Assembly (NCBI RefSeq): GCF_902713615.1 | Contig: NC_052157.1 | Coordinates: 33,847,203-33,911,202 of the forward strand | DNA: 64,000 nucleotides | Origin: Scyliorhinus canicula | Taxonomy: Eukaryota | Direction of reading: 5' to 3' | In this document: one piece after another, positions 1 through 11,560 of the stretch | Numbering within the stretch: the stretch's first letter is position 1 | Layout: the number at the start of each line of letters is the position of its first letter | Program-made: the position numbers and the translations under genes | The notes under the pieces: generated by a model | Database searches by the model: none | Seen by the model: the letters and a program-made list of their open reading frames with translations, nothing else | Told to the model about the DNA's origin: nothing

Positions 1-155
1 GGCAGTTCATGGCTATATTTGAGGAGCTGATTATCGTGGGGGCAGTGGGAAGGGAGGAATAAATGTGGAAAAAATGTACAAACTGTATACTCTATTAGAT
101 GTTAAGGTTGTGTTATTATGTTGAATATGTCTGGAATTAAATATTTGAAAAAAAA
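1..155 (+). mobile_element. 3' end of an L1-like LINE (ORF2 end, 3'UTR, short poly-A)
   Basis: Reads QFMAIFEEL, loosely resembling the L1 ORF2 end QSFIDFFAEN at 4154; G/T-rich UTR ends in an A-run. Confidence 0.45.
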
Positions 156-272
156 GTTATCCCCTTGGCCCACAGCGAGGTCCACGACACGCTTGTCAAG
201 ACCGGCAACAATTGTTGCCCACGTGATTCCCAGCCCAGAGGACCAAAGAATCACACGGGCCTGGAGAACATG

Positions 273-969
273 GGGCTGGATTCACCACACCTGACGCCGA
301 AATCGTGTTCAGCGATGGAGCGGAAAATCCAGTTTCCTGCATGAAATCGGAACCGGCACCGGTTCGGCGATTCTCCGCCCCCCCCCCCCCCCCAAAACGC
401 TGCTAACACAGGGAGTTCGCCACACAGAGTATCTACCACTTGAGGCCGCTGCCAGAGGCCCGCCCCGCTATTCTCCGCCCCTGATCAGTCGAATTCCCAA
501 CGGCATATTTCTATCGTGGTCCCATCCATTCGGGAAACTCATGAGGCAGCTGCGGACTAAGTTTGCGGCCGCCACAGTTGTGGGCGGGCCGATCAGAGGG
601 CGGGGGGGGGTCATTCAGGACTGGGGTATTTTTGAGCGGGCGGTCCTGCTTGAGCATGCGGTCGATCAGGGACATTATTTCCGAGGTCCAGATCCGCGGT
701 AGGAGTCTGCCATGGAGCATGGTCCAGGTCCACGGTATGAGTCTGCCATGGAGCATGGCGCGGCGGCTGGAGGCCGCTGCTGTGCACATGCGCGGCCTCT
801 GACCCGGAAGTGCAGGGGGCCGTATTGGCAGCTGGAGCTGCGAGCTCCACGACAGCTGCCTGCTAGCCCCCTGCAAGTCTGTGAATCTGACGCCAGTTTT
901 TCTGGCGTAAAAGACCACAGTTTACATCCACGGCGTGGGGACATAGTCCCGAAACAGAAAATCCAGCTC
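273..969. mobile_element. Harbinger-type GC-rich MITE, nested in an older MITE (about 157-1178)
   Basis: TIR GGGCTGGATTC / AAAATCCAGCTC; flanks ATG/CTG; same family as 10844; a second TIR end GGAGAATCTAGCTC at 1165-1178. Confidence 0.7.
685..756 (+). repeat. 36-bp tandem duplication inside the MITE
   Basis: GGTCCAGATCCGCGGTAGGAGTCTGCCATGGAGCAT followed by GGTCCAGGTCCACGGTATGAGTCTGCCATGGAGCAT. Confidence 0.9.
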
Positions 970-1304
970 CTGGTGCCTGGCCCATTAATAGGATGCAAAT
1001 GGGGTCTTAATGGCCCATTTGCGTCCTCCCGTTGGCGCAGAGTATGAACCTCGATCCTAACGTCAGCGAGGGTACCGGAGCAACGGAACAGGATCGGTGT
1101 CTGTTTTCCGCCAGACGCTGGCTTCTCTGCCACCCGCCGACTGTAGCAGATTTCACGATGCAGCGGAGAATCTAGCTCACATTAAAATCAAGAGACAATG
1201 CTCCATGTGACTGGTCTTACATTCAAGTAAAAAGAATATCTATTTGGCTGAGGGACCATAAGTTGTCCAAGGATCTGTTCCAACACAAATCAGCATCGTT
1301 TTTT

Positions 1305-1609
1305 ATAATAATAATCTTTATTGTCACAAGTGGGCTTACATTAACACTGCAATGAAGTTACTGTGAAAATCCCCTCGTCGCCACACTCTGGCATCTGTTT
1401 GGGTACACTGAGGGAGAATTCAGAATGTCCAATTCACCTAACAGTACATCTTTCAGGACTTGTGGGAGGAAACCGGAGCACCCGGAGAAAACCCACACAG
1501 ATACAGGGAGAACGTGCAGACTCCACACAGACAATGACTCACGCCGGGAATCAAACCTGGGACGGGACCCTGGTGCTGTGAAGCAACAGTGCTAACCACT
1601 GTGCCACCC
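1305..1609 (-). mobile_element. V-SINE (HE1-related) with (ATT)n tail
   Basis: tRNA-like head plus V core; tail ...CTTGTGACAATAAAGATTATTATTA; related copies at 20343 and 56441. Confidence 0.85.
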
Positions 1610-2524
1610 ATGTTGCTGGGGTTGGCATGGAGCGGAATGGGGAAATGATTGAAGAGCTTCATCAGAATATCTGCATCAAATGAAGCACAAACTCATAATT
1701 TAATCTTGGATCATGAAATGGTGTATATGAAGGTGTGTGTGTGTGCATGTGTGACATTGTTATTCATTATATGAAAATTTCGACAAGATTTGTGGATTTT
1801 TCTGTGTATCCCGACATGTAAGCCATACTTGGAGGCAGTGAGTTTGGGGCGGTGGGGAATGCATATTTATCTTAGAAAGTTACTTTAAATTGAAATATTA
1901 GAAATCAAGTTTTTTTTTGTGTTTTAATTGAAGTGCTTAGCAGGACCGTTAAATTTCACCTTGTATAAACATTGTATGAACTATCGAAACTATGTGTGGT
2001 GTGCGGGGGTTTGACACTTCCATTTTATGGTGAACAATGATAAATGCAAGGCTGAATATAGATTAAAATCACAATTACTTTGGATTACGATTGTTGGGAG
2101 GCAATTGTTTAAAATTTTTAACAAGGTTCAAAATTCAGAATTAAAACATCACTTTGATCAACAACGGCAAATATACATAATAAAAATAATAATAATAATC
2201 TTTATCAACAACAGTTGCTTAGACAAAATGGCATCTATTCAAAGAAAGTGGTAAATGTGATGAACATAGAGTACGTGTTGCAAAATAAAGCAAATCACTG
2301 CAGTAAATGACGTGCATTTGCAACTTCACACGTGAAAGCAAGCTTTTTAAAAGTATTTTGTGATCAAATGATCAGTGCAGTAGCAATGTCTTGCCACCTG
2401 ATGTCTTTAGCACACTGCTGCCTGCCTGATGCTACAGTCACAAAGTTGTACCTTGAAAAAACTTTTTTTTTAACAAGACTTTTTCAGGTACAATCTCATT
2501 TCTGTGTGGCTCCCCAAATGTTCC

Positions 2525-2772
2525 TTTACTGCTCCCTTGAACATCACCGAATTTAATTGCAGCATCATTGATGGCTGTGCCTTCTGCTGCCTTACAGCCC
2601 TTCGCTCTGTAATTACCTCTCCAAACCTCGCTGCCTCTCCTATTGCTGTTTCCTCCTCCAAAACATTCCTGAGCACCTCTTTGGCCATCCGATCTCATAT
2701 GGCCTTACCTCCTTGTGAACAACCTTGGGGTATTTATTATGTTCAGGGCAATGTATAAACAAAATGCTGTTT
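2525..2772 (+). mobile_element. Degenerate L2-like LINE 3' end
   Basis: Shares motifs with the L2-type tails at 7120/8041 and 9285 (GGCTGTGCCTTC ... GTATAAACAAAATGCTGTT). Confidence 0.6.
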
Positions 2773-2993
2773 TTGTTCTGAAAGGCACCAAATTCAGAGT
2801 TAGCAGGTAGGGCATGAAATATATGTGATTCCAAGCAGTTAAAAAAAACACATATTTTGCTACCTGTTGGGAGGTGTGTGATGGAAAAATTATGGCGAAT
2901 GCTAATTTATCGCTTGAAATTGCTCCATCACTGCTATTCCAGTCTGTGCTCCCCAAAACCAGCATTCACCCATTGCTTGCCAGTAAGACTTTG

Positions 2994-3358
2994 AGCACGG
3001 TAGCATGGTGGTTAGCATAAATGCTTCACAGCTCCAGGGTCCCAGGCTCGGTTCCCGGCTGGGTCACTGTCTGTGCGGAGTCTGCACATCCTCCCCATGT
3101 GTGCGTGGGTTTCCTCTGGGTGCTCCGGTTTCCTCCCACAGTCCAAAGATGTGCGGGTTAGGTGGATTGGCCATGCTAAATTGCCTGTAGTGTCCTAAAA
3201 AGTAAGGTTAAGGGGAGGGGGGGGGGGGGGGGATTGTTGGGTTACGGGTATAGGGTGGATACGTGGGTTTGAGTAGGGTGATCATTGCTCGGCACAACAT
3301 CGAGGGCCGAAGGGCCTGTTCTGTGCTGTACTGTTCTATGTTCTATGTTCTATGTTCT
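2994..3358 (+). mobile_element. HE1 V-SINE with HER1/CR1 tail
   Basis: tRNA head, V core, tail GGGCCGAAGGGCCTGTTCTGTGCTGTAC(TGTTCTA)n, nearly identical to the LINE 3' end at 25641. Confidence 0.9.
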
Positions 3359-3460
3359 AAGGTGAAGAGGAACATGGGAATATAGGAATTAGGAGCAGAA
3401 GGAGGCAATTCAGCCCTTCGAGCCTGCTCCACCATTCAATCAGTTCATGGCTGCTCTCCA

Positions 3461-3908
3461 CAGTCCCAGATGACCATAGGCTGCTTTCCCCTTTGAAGGG
3501 GAGAGCTGACTGGTGCTGGTTTAACCTGAGGATCACCACACCTCAGGTCAGGAGCAAGGTTGAGAAGGCGGGGTGGGAATTGATCCTAGGCTGCTGGCCT
3601 TGCGATGCTTCATGAACCAGCTGTCCACCCAACTGTGCTTTTTTTTTTTTTTTTTTTTATAAATTTAGATTACCCAATTATTTTTTTCCAATTTTTTTTA
3701 GGGGGCAATTTAGCATGGCCAATCCACCTACTCTGCACATTTTTGGGTTGTGGGGGCGAAACCCACGCAGACACGGGGAGAATGTGCAAACTCCACACGG
3801 ACAGTGACCCAGAGCCGGGATCGAACCTGGGACCTCAGCGCCGTGAGGCAGCTGTGCTAACCACTAGGCCACCGTGCTGCCCTCACCCAACTGTGCTTAA
3901 CCGGCCCT
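3461..3908 (-). mobile_element. tRNA-derived SINE (probably Meta-domain type), interrupted by a younger SINE
   Basis: Core CCTGAGGTGTGGTGATCCTCAGGTTAAACC...GGTCATCTGGGACT on the minus strand; second copy at 20730-20850 (+). Confidence 0.6.
3641..3883 (-). mobile_element. Poly(A)-tailed V-SINE with 15-bp TSD
   Basis: TSD CACCCAACTGTGCTT at 3626-3640 and 3884-3898; long poly-T at the element 3' end. Confidence 0.92.
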
Positions 3909-3962
3909 GATAAGAACAGTTTATAGGAATAACCATAATCAATTCAAGCTCTCTCTCTGGTC

Positions 3963-6017
3963 TTCTTTTTTTTGATAAACAATTTTAATGAGGTATTTTT
4001 TGACATTGTAAACAGTAGAATTACAGAACGTGAAAACAAAAGGACTGTACAATAAACAAAGTACACAGTGCAATCGCCGTAACCCGTCCTACCCAAGTCT
4101 GCCTAATTGACCCCCTACACTACATTCCCCTAACCCTCCCCCCCTGCTGACAATTAATTCTCCGCAAAGAAGTCAATGAATGATTGCCACCTCCGGGCGA
4201 ACTCTGACAACGACCCACTCAAGACGAACTTGATTTTCTCCAAGCTCAGGAAACTCGCCATGTCTGACAGCCAGGCTTCCGACTTCGGGGGCTTTGAGTC
4301 CCTCCAAGCTAGAAGAATCCGTCTCCGGGCTACCAGGGAAGCAAAGGCCAGAACATCAGCCTCTTTCTCCCCCCGGACTTCTGGGGCCTCTGAAACCTCA
4401 AAAATCGCCACCTTCAGATCCATTGCCACCCTTATGTTCAATACTCTCGACATGACGTCCTTAAACCCCTGCCAGTATCTCCTAAGTTTTGGACACGCCC
4501 AAAACATGTGGACATGGTCTGCCGGTCCTCTCAGACACTTTACATATCTGTCCTCTATGCTGAAGAATCTGCTCATCCGGGACACTGTCATGTGGGCCCA
4601 GTGGAAGACCTTAAACTGAATCAGGCGGAGCCTGGCACATGTTGCAGTCCCATTAACCCTGCTCAGCGTGTCCACCCACAGGCCTTCCTCAATCCCCCCT
4701 CCCAACTCCTCCTCCCATTTATGCCTCAGCTCCTCGGTCTGCGTCTCCTCCCGCCCCCATGTGCTCCTTGTAAATATCCGAGACACTTCCGTCCCCCACC
4801 CATCCTCTAGACACTACCCTATCTTGGATCCCCCTTAGTGGCAAGAGTGGAAAAGATGGCACCTGCCTGCGCAAAATGTCCCGCACCTGAATATACCTGA
4901 ATTTATTCCCCCTCGTCAACCTAAACTTGGCCTCCAGCGCCCTCAAGGTAGGGAAACTCCCTTCCAAGAACAAATCTCCTATCTGTTCAATCCCCGCCCT
5001 CCGCCAAACCCGAAACCCCCCGTCCAACCTCCCCGGAGCAAACTGATGGTTATTACATATTGGGGACCAGACCGATGCTCCCGTTGCTCCCACGTGCCTC
5101 CTCCACTGTCTCCAGATCCGAAGGGCCGCCACCCACTACAGGGCTGGTGGAGAAGCGCGCCGGCGGAAACGGCAGAGGTGCCGTCACCAACGCCCCCAGA
5201 TTGGTGCCCCTACATGAGGCTGCCTCCACCCGCTCCCAAGTCGATCCCCCCCCCCCCCTCACCCACCCACAACCCCCCCCGAAAACCGGCCAAATTCCCT
5301 CAGGGTCGCCATGATTCCGTCCATCCCCGCCATTGGGTCTGAAACGTACAAAAGCATGTCATCTGCATACAATGAAACCCTATGTTCCACCACCCCCATC
5401 CTCCCCCCCCCCCGAACTTGCCCCTTCCAACTCCCTGAAGCCCTCAGAGCAATTGCCAGTGGCTCTGTAGCTAGCGCAAACAGCAGTGGGGAGAGGGGAC
5501 ACCCCTGTCTTGTCCCACGGTAGAGTCTGAAATAGTCGGAAGTCGTCCTGTTTGTCCTCACACTCGCCTCTGGGGCCTGATATAGCAGCCCGACCCACTC
5601 GATGAAACCCACCCTAAATCCAAACCATCCCAGCACCTTCCATAAGTCGTCCCACTCTACCCGGTCAAATGCCTTCTCCGAGTCCATAGCCAAATCTACC
5701 TCCACCTTCTTTCCCTCTGGGGGCACCATGATCATATTGAGCAATCTTCTTATATTCGCCACCAGTTGCCTACCTTTAACGAACCCTGTTTGGTCCTCTC
5801 TAATAACACTGGGCACACAATCCTCAATCCTAGTGGCCAAAAGCTTTGCCAGCAGTTTGGCATCCACATTAAGAAGGGAGATCAGCCTATAAGACCCACA
5901 CGATTCCGGGTTCTTGTCCCGTTTTAAAATCAAAGAGATGGTAGCCTGTGAAATCGTCTGGGGCAGCACCCCTCTGTCCCTTGCCTCATTAAAAACCTTG
6001 ACCAGCAGCAGCCCCAA
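3963..6017 (-). mobile_element. 5'-truncated L1 LINE (ORF2 RT and C-terminal CCHC region, internal deletion, poly-A)
   Basis: YRLISLLNVDAK, GTRQGCPLSPLLF, LYADD, C..C...HMFWACPKL; poly-T at 3965. Confidence 0.92.
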
Positions 6018-6233
6018 TCTTTGATTATGCTGCCCGCTTTCCCCAGGCAGCGGGAGGTGTAGATGGAGTCAATGGATGGAAGGCAGGTTCGTGTGATGGA
6101 CTGGGCGGTATTCACGACACTCTGAAATTTCTTGTGATCCTGGGCCGAGCAGTTGCCATACTAGGCTGTGATGCAGGCCGATAGGATGCTTTCTATGGTT
6201 TATCTGTAAAAGTTGGTAAGGGTTAATGTGGAC
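6018..6233 (-). mobile_element. Rex1/Babar-like LINE RT C-terminal fragment
   Basis: Translates LTNFYR*TIESILSACITA*YGNCSAQDHKKFQSVVNTAQSITRTCLPSIDSIYTSRCLGKAGSIIKD. Confidence 0.8.
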
Positions 6234-6361
6234 ATTCTCCCCGTGTCTGCACAGGTCTCACCCCCACAACCCAAAGATGTGCAGCGTTGGTGAATTGGCC
6301 ACGCTAAATTGCCTCTTAATTGGAAAAAAAAGAATTGGGTACTCTAAATTTTTTAAAAAAG
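6230..6361 (+). mobile_element. 5'-truncated poly(A)-type V-SINE
   Basis: ACATTCTCCCCGTGTCTGC...AATTGGGTACTCTAAATTTTTAAAAAA. Confidence 0.85.
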
Positions 6362-7195
6362 AAAGAGAGGAGAGTGTGGAGGCAGCTACTGTGTGTGACG
6401 ATAGGGAGCAAAAGTCACCGTTAATGCAGAGAATGTGAAAATGTTTTGGGGGCAGGGGGGGAAAAACTGAAACTATTGCAGTAGGAGGACTTTGAAAATG
6501 AGGCTGGTTTGTAAAAGCCGCTCAGTGGGGGCATATAACGGTGGGATTGATAAACAACCTCGGGGGAAAGGGGTGGGTGGGGTGGAGGAAACTACCTTCG
6601 TAGGTTCGGGGGGAAATGACCACCCGTCCTGGCATGTTTTATTTATATCGAGAATGCTGGCAACACCTCTGTTTGTTCCTAAACTAAGGTTTCAGGATTG
6701 CTCAAATGTTAGCAAAACTTTGATTTTAAAAAATCCCTATCCATGGCCTCTTCCACGAGCATAATGGATATCACAGGTAAATGTGGAGATTTTCTGTGTA
6801 TCGCTATTGAGACTAAATTGGTATTGGAGTTTTCAGTGCATTTTGAAATGGAGTGTCACATTCTGAGGTATTTTGAGCATTTTTCCACAGAAAATCTTTG
6901 AAAATTGGAGTTACATTTAAGGATTACGATTTCAACCAAAGTGCATTTGTATAAGTTTTGATTTGAAATGCAGATAGAAAAGCTGCTTAAAATGCTATTT
7001 TGTTTTAAGTTAAGAATGCTTATGCACAGATGTGGGGTGAAGTATAATGAGTGCATTATTTTTATAATATTAAACACAGGTTGTGCTTATGAAGCCTGTT
7101 CATAATTGTTCATGACTGTGCTGCTCTACCTGCTTTCCACCTTTAAGACACTTAAAACCTAACTCTTTGACCCAGCTTTTGGTCATCGGACGTGT

Positions 7196-8044
7196 GGGGG
7201 ACAATTTTGAGCCCGCACTAGCCATGCACGGGATTGCCGAATCAAGCAGAAAATCCAGAGAGAATTGGAATGTGGGATTCTCTCCAGAGAGATCGCGTTT
7301 CCCGATTTTCCCCGCTCCTTCGCCAGCGACGATAGACTTTAATGCATTTGAATATCTTTAACGGGCCCCCCACCATATGATCCCTCCCTAACCACATATG
7401 TCAGCCAGGTTTACATCAGGTTTACCCAATCGAGATTCAGTCGAGGGATTCCTCTGGGGGCACAGAGGTAAGTATAGCCCCCCCACCCCGACCCAATCCC
7501 CGAGGGGAACATGCTCCACAGAGCCCTGGCACAGCTTGGTACAGTGTCAACCTGGTAGTGCCAACCTGTGCCAGGGTAATGCCAGGGCGGGCCCCAGTGA
7601 GTGCTCCATGGGGGGGGGGGGGGGGGGATGGGGGGGAGAGGTTCATTCATGTATGTTGAGGGTGAGAGTAGGCACTAAGGCGGGGGGGGGGGGGGGGGGT
7701 TGTCAGTGATACTTCTGGGGTGGGGCAGGAGTGATTGTTAAAATGGGCAGGAGGTGGGGAATGCCGGCTATGATTCTCGGGGAGGATGGGATTACCGGTG
7801 ATGATTCTCAGGTGTATGGGGGCAGCCCCTGATACCTCCATGGTGGGACTGGGGGCCGTTAGGATTCAGTGCTAATCAGGACATCTTTTAAAGATGGCGC
7901 CCCGATCTCTGTGGAGCCAGTTGCCGGCTCTATCAGGCCCCACCCCGCCAGAGGCTCAAGACCTGGAGAGAAAACTGACCTGTCCAACTGGAGAGCTACA
8001 CACCAGTTTAAGTCTGAGCTGCCAGATTCTGCTAACATTCAGCC
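7196..8044. mobile_element. Harbinger-type MITE splitting an L2 3' end (7120-7190 and 8041-8152)
   Basis: GC-rich body with poly-G tracts and degenerate TIRs; the L2 tail resumes on the far side. Confidence 0.65.
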
Positions 8045-8924
8045 TAATATCTCCTCATGTGGCTCGTGTTACACTTTGTTTTATAATTCTCCTGAGTAGC
8101 ATCTTGGGATGTTATTACAGTAAAAGCACTGTATAAATAAAAGTTGTTGTTCTTGCTCTATATCTTCATTTGCTATGAAATAAAGCAGTGTACCAATTCT
8201 CACACAGCCTCGTCACATCATAACTCAGTCCGCTCTTTAAAGGTTTGAGGAGATAGGACAGTTGATAAAGAGATGAATATCCAGTTCGGATCACATGGGG
8301 GGGCGGGACAGTACTGTTTCCACATTCCGAGGATAGCAAATATTGGGCAGTATGAGCCCACAAAATATAATTTAGGAGAATGAGTGGACTGATCCTAGAT
8401 TTGCCTCAGATTCAACCCTGTTCTGCTAGCTGATTAGGCCATGGATCAATTCCACCTCAACTCCACTAACTCACTATTTGCTCCATATTTCTTGACAGCC
8501 AGATTATCTGTAGGGAACAAGCTGCTAGGTGTCTGACATTACTTCAACACCATTTTTACATTGGTGGCTGATTTGTTACTCAAAGTTAACACGCCATCTG
8601 CATTCAAAGGGAAACTGAATGTTCAAATTACAAATGTAGAACATTTGACTGAACTGAGTTATGAGGGGTCCTTACCTGAAACTGTTGCTTTTAATTTTGA
8701 TGTATTTCCAGCATGTTCTGATTATTTTTAAATTTCAGGTTGCCAGCACTCACTATTTCCTTTTTATTTCTCTCAATATTCAAAGATTAACTTTGGAGTT
8801 CCCCCAAACATGATTGGAAGCCCTGATTTCTTATAAAAGTTTAACTTTGACTTTGGGTAACAAGGTACAGTTTTACTGATCCTGTGCTTATTTAAATGAT
8901 CATAAGGCAAATGCTATAGCTTAG

Positions 8925-9240
8925 AATCCCTACAATGCCCTTCAGGCAATCAATTCTGCACCGACTCTCTGAAAGAGCATGCTCCCTAGGCCCACTACCT
9001 CGGCCTATCCCTGTAACCCCACCTAACCTTTGGGCACGAAGAGGCAATTTAGCATGGTCAATCCACCTAGCCTGCAGATCATTGGACTGTTGGAGGAAAC
9101 CGGAGCACCCGGAGGAAACCCATGCAGACACGGGGAGAAAGTGAAAACTCCAAATGGACAGTCACCCAAGGCTAGAATTGAACCTGGGTCTCCTGCCGCT
9201 TTGAGGCAGCAGTGTTGACCACTGTTCCACCGTGTCACCC
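8925..9240 (-). mobile_element. HE1-type V-SINE
   Basis: V core CCGGAGCACCCGGAGGAAACCCA, tRNA head, CR1-type tail. Confidence 0.85.
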
Positions 9241-9284
9241 ATTATTTACTTCTGCAGTAAAGCAAAAGGCAAATATCTTAAAAC

Positions 9285-9648
9285 TAACTTACATTTATAT
9301 AGCACTTTTAACATAGGGCGGGATTTCTGGCCGGGTTGCCCAATCTCCCTTGGTGGGCCCCTCCCTGGAGAAAATGACAGCCATAGTAAAGTGTTCCAAG
9401 GTGCTTCATGAGTAGTATTTAATAGACTCCTTATGTCGAACCACATAAGGACAGATAACCACAATCTTTGTCAAAGAGGTAGGTTGTAAGGAGAAGGGAA
9501 AGACAAGTAGAATGATGGATTGGTTTGAGGAGGAAATTCCAAACTTAGGACATAAGTAGCTGAAAGGCATTTTGGCCAATGGTGGTGCAATCAAAATTAG
9601 GGAAACGCAAGAGGCCAGAATTGGAGGAGTACCAAGATCTCAAACGGT
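9285..9648 (-). mobile_element. L2-like 3' end containing a 67-bp mini-MITE (9316-9382)
   Basis: L2 tail motifs; insert GGGCGGGATTT...AAATGACAGCC flanked by ATA/ATA. Confidence 0.7.
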
Positions 9649-9649
9649 C

Positions 9650-11560
9650 AGAGACATAGTGTTTTACAGCACAAAAAGAGGCCCTTTGGCCCATCATTTC
9701 CATGCTGGCCAACAAGCACCTATCTACTCTTCCAGCACTTGGCCAGCAGCCTTGTATGCTGGGGCATCTCAAGTGCTCATCTAAATACTTCTTAAAAGTT
9801 GTGATGGTTCCTGCCTTTACCAATCTTTCAGGCAGTGAGTTCTAGATTCCAACCACCCTCTGGGTGAAAACGTTTTCCCTCACATCTCCTCTAAACCCCC
9901 TGCCCATTATCTTAAATCTATGCCCCCTGGTTATTGACTCCTCAACTGATGAGAAAAGTTCCATTCTGTCCACCTTATCTCTGCCCCTCATAAATTCATT
10001 CACCTCAATCAGGCCTCTCCTCAGCCTTCTCTGCTCCAAGGAAAACAACCTGAGCCAATCCAGTCTCTCTTGATAACTGAAATGCTCCAACCCAAGCAAC
10101 ATCCTGGTGAATCTCCTCTGCACCCTCTCCAGTGCAATCACTTCCTTCCTATAATGTGGTGACCAGAACTGCACACAGTACTCTAGCTATGGCCTAACCA
10201 GCATGTTATACAGCTCCATCATAACCTCCCTGCTCTTATATTTTATCTCGGTTAATAAAGACAAGTATCCCAGGTACCTTGTTAACCGCCTTATCTTCCT
10301 TTCCCACTGTCTTCAGGGATCTATGGACATGCGCATCAAGGTCTCTCTGATCCTCTGTATTCCCAGGGTATATGTATATTCCCTTGCTTTGTTAGTCCCC
10401 CCAAAATGCATTACCTTCAGGGTCAAATTCCACTTGCCACTGTTCTACCCATCTAACCAGCCTGTCTATATCGTCCTGTAGTCTAAGGCTGTTCTCCTCA
10501 TTATCTATCACACCACCAATTTTTGTGTCATCTGCGAATTTCCTCATCAGGCCTCCTGCACTCATTTCCAGGTCATTAATGCAGAGTACAGACAGCAGGA
10601 AACCCAGAAGCGATCCCTATGGAACACCCATCGGACACAGGCTTCCAGTCAGTCACAAAAACAACCTTCGACCATCATCCTCTGCCTCCCTCCACTAAGC
10701 CAATCTTGGATCCAATTTGCCAAATTACCCTGGATGATCCTATGGGCTCTTACCTTCTTTCCCAAACTCACATCAACTGCAGTCCCTTACATCTACTCAC
10801 CTCACTACCTCCTCGGAAAAGTCAATCAAATTTGTAAGACATAGAGCGGCATTCTCCAGTCGCCGATGGTGAAATGACGTTCGGCGATCGGCTGCAGAAT
10901 ACCCGTTTCCGATTAAATCGGGGGTGGCGCTGTTTTCGCGATGCTCTGTCCCCTGCTGTATCAACGGCAGGGGCCCACTCCCTGATGCTCCGCCCCCGAC
11001 CAGCCAAGTTCCCGACGGCGTCGGTCGCGTGTGCTGTCATCCGCCGGGAACGCAGTGTGGCAGCGGCGGACTCAATCCAGCACCGCCATGGTCGGGGGAC
11101 GACCGATCCGCAGGCAGGGGATACTTTGTCAGGGGCTGGGGGCACTGTTGGGGCTGGTCTGGGGTCGCGAGCTGGCCGAAGAGGGGGGGGGGCTCTATTT
11201 TGCAGGCCAGATCCACACGTCGCCGGCGCCATGTTGCACGGCGGGCTGTTGCAGGCTGCCGCCGTGCGGATGCGCGGCCACGGACCCGGCAATTCTGCGG
11301 GTCGTATCGGCAGCTCGAGCCGGGTGCTCTAAGCTGCTCGGCTGCTAGCCCCCAGCCAAAAGGAGGATCGGTGGCTACTATGCGCCAGATTTTCGGTCAT
11401 AAAACGCCACCATTCCCACGCCGGCCTCAGGACATAGCCTCAATCCTTGACTAATGCTTGCCTTCCCAAGTGGAGCTTAATTCTGTCCCTCAGAATTTTT
11501 TCCAATAGTTTCCCTACCGCTGAAGTTAGACTCAACGCCCCACCACCTTTCTTGAATAAT
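9650..11560 (-). mobile_element. CR1/HER1 LINE 3' part, interrupted by a MITE
   Basis: QFWSPHYRKEVIALERVQRRFTRM; SLTSAVGKLLEKILRDRI. Confidence 0.9.
10844..11444. mobile_element. Harbinger-type MITE, right end deleted
   Basis: Left TIR GAGCGGCATTCTCC after ATA; internal homology to 273-969. Confidence 0.75.

Noticed and set aside
2994-3065. tRNA-like sequences (A and B boxes)
   Set aside because: These are SINE heads continuing into V cores, not tRNA genes
10822-11454. Overlapping 100-176-aa ORFs in GC-rich segments (also at 511, 20845, 36034, 43061)
   Set aside because: Stop-poor MITE sequence with no protein motifs
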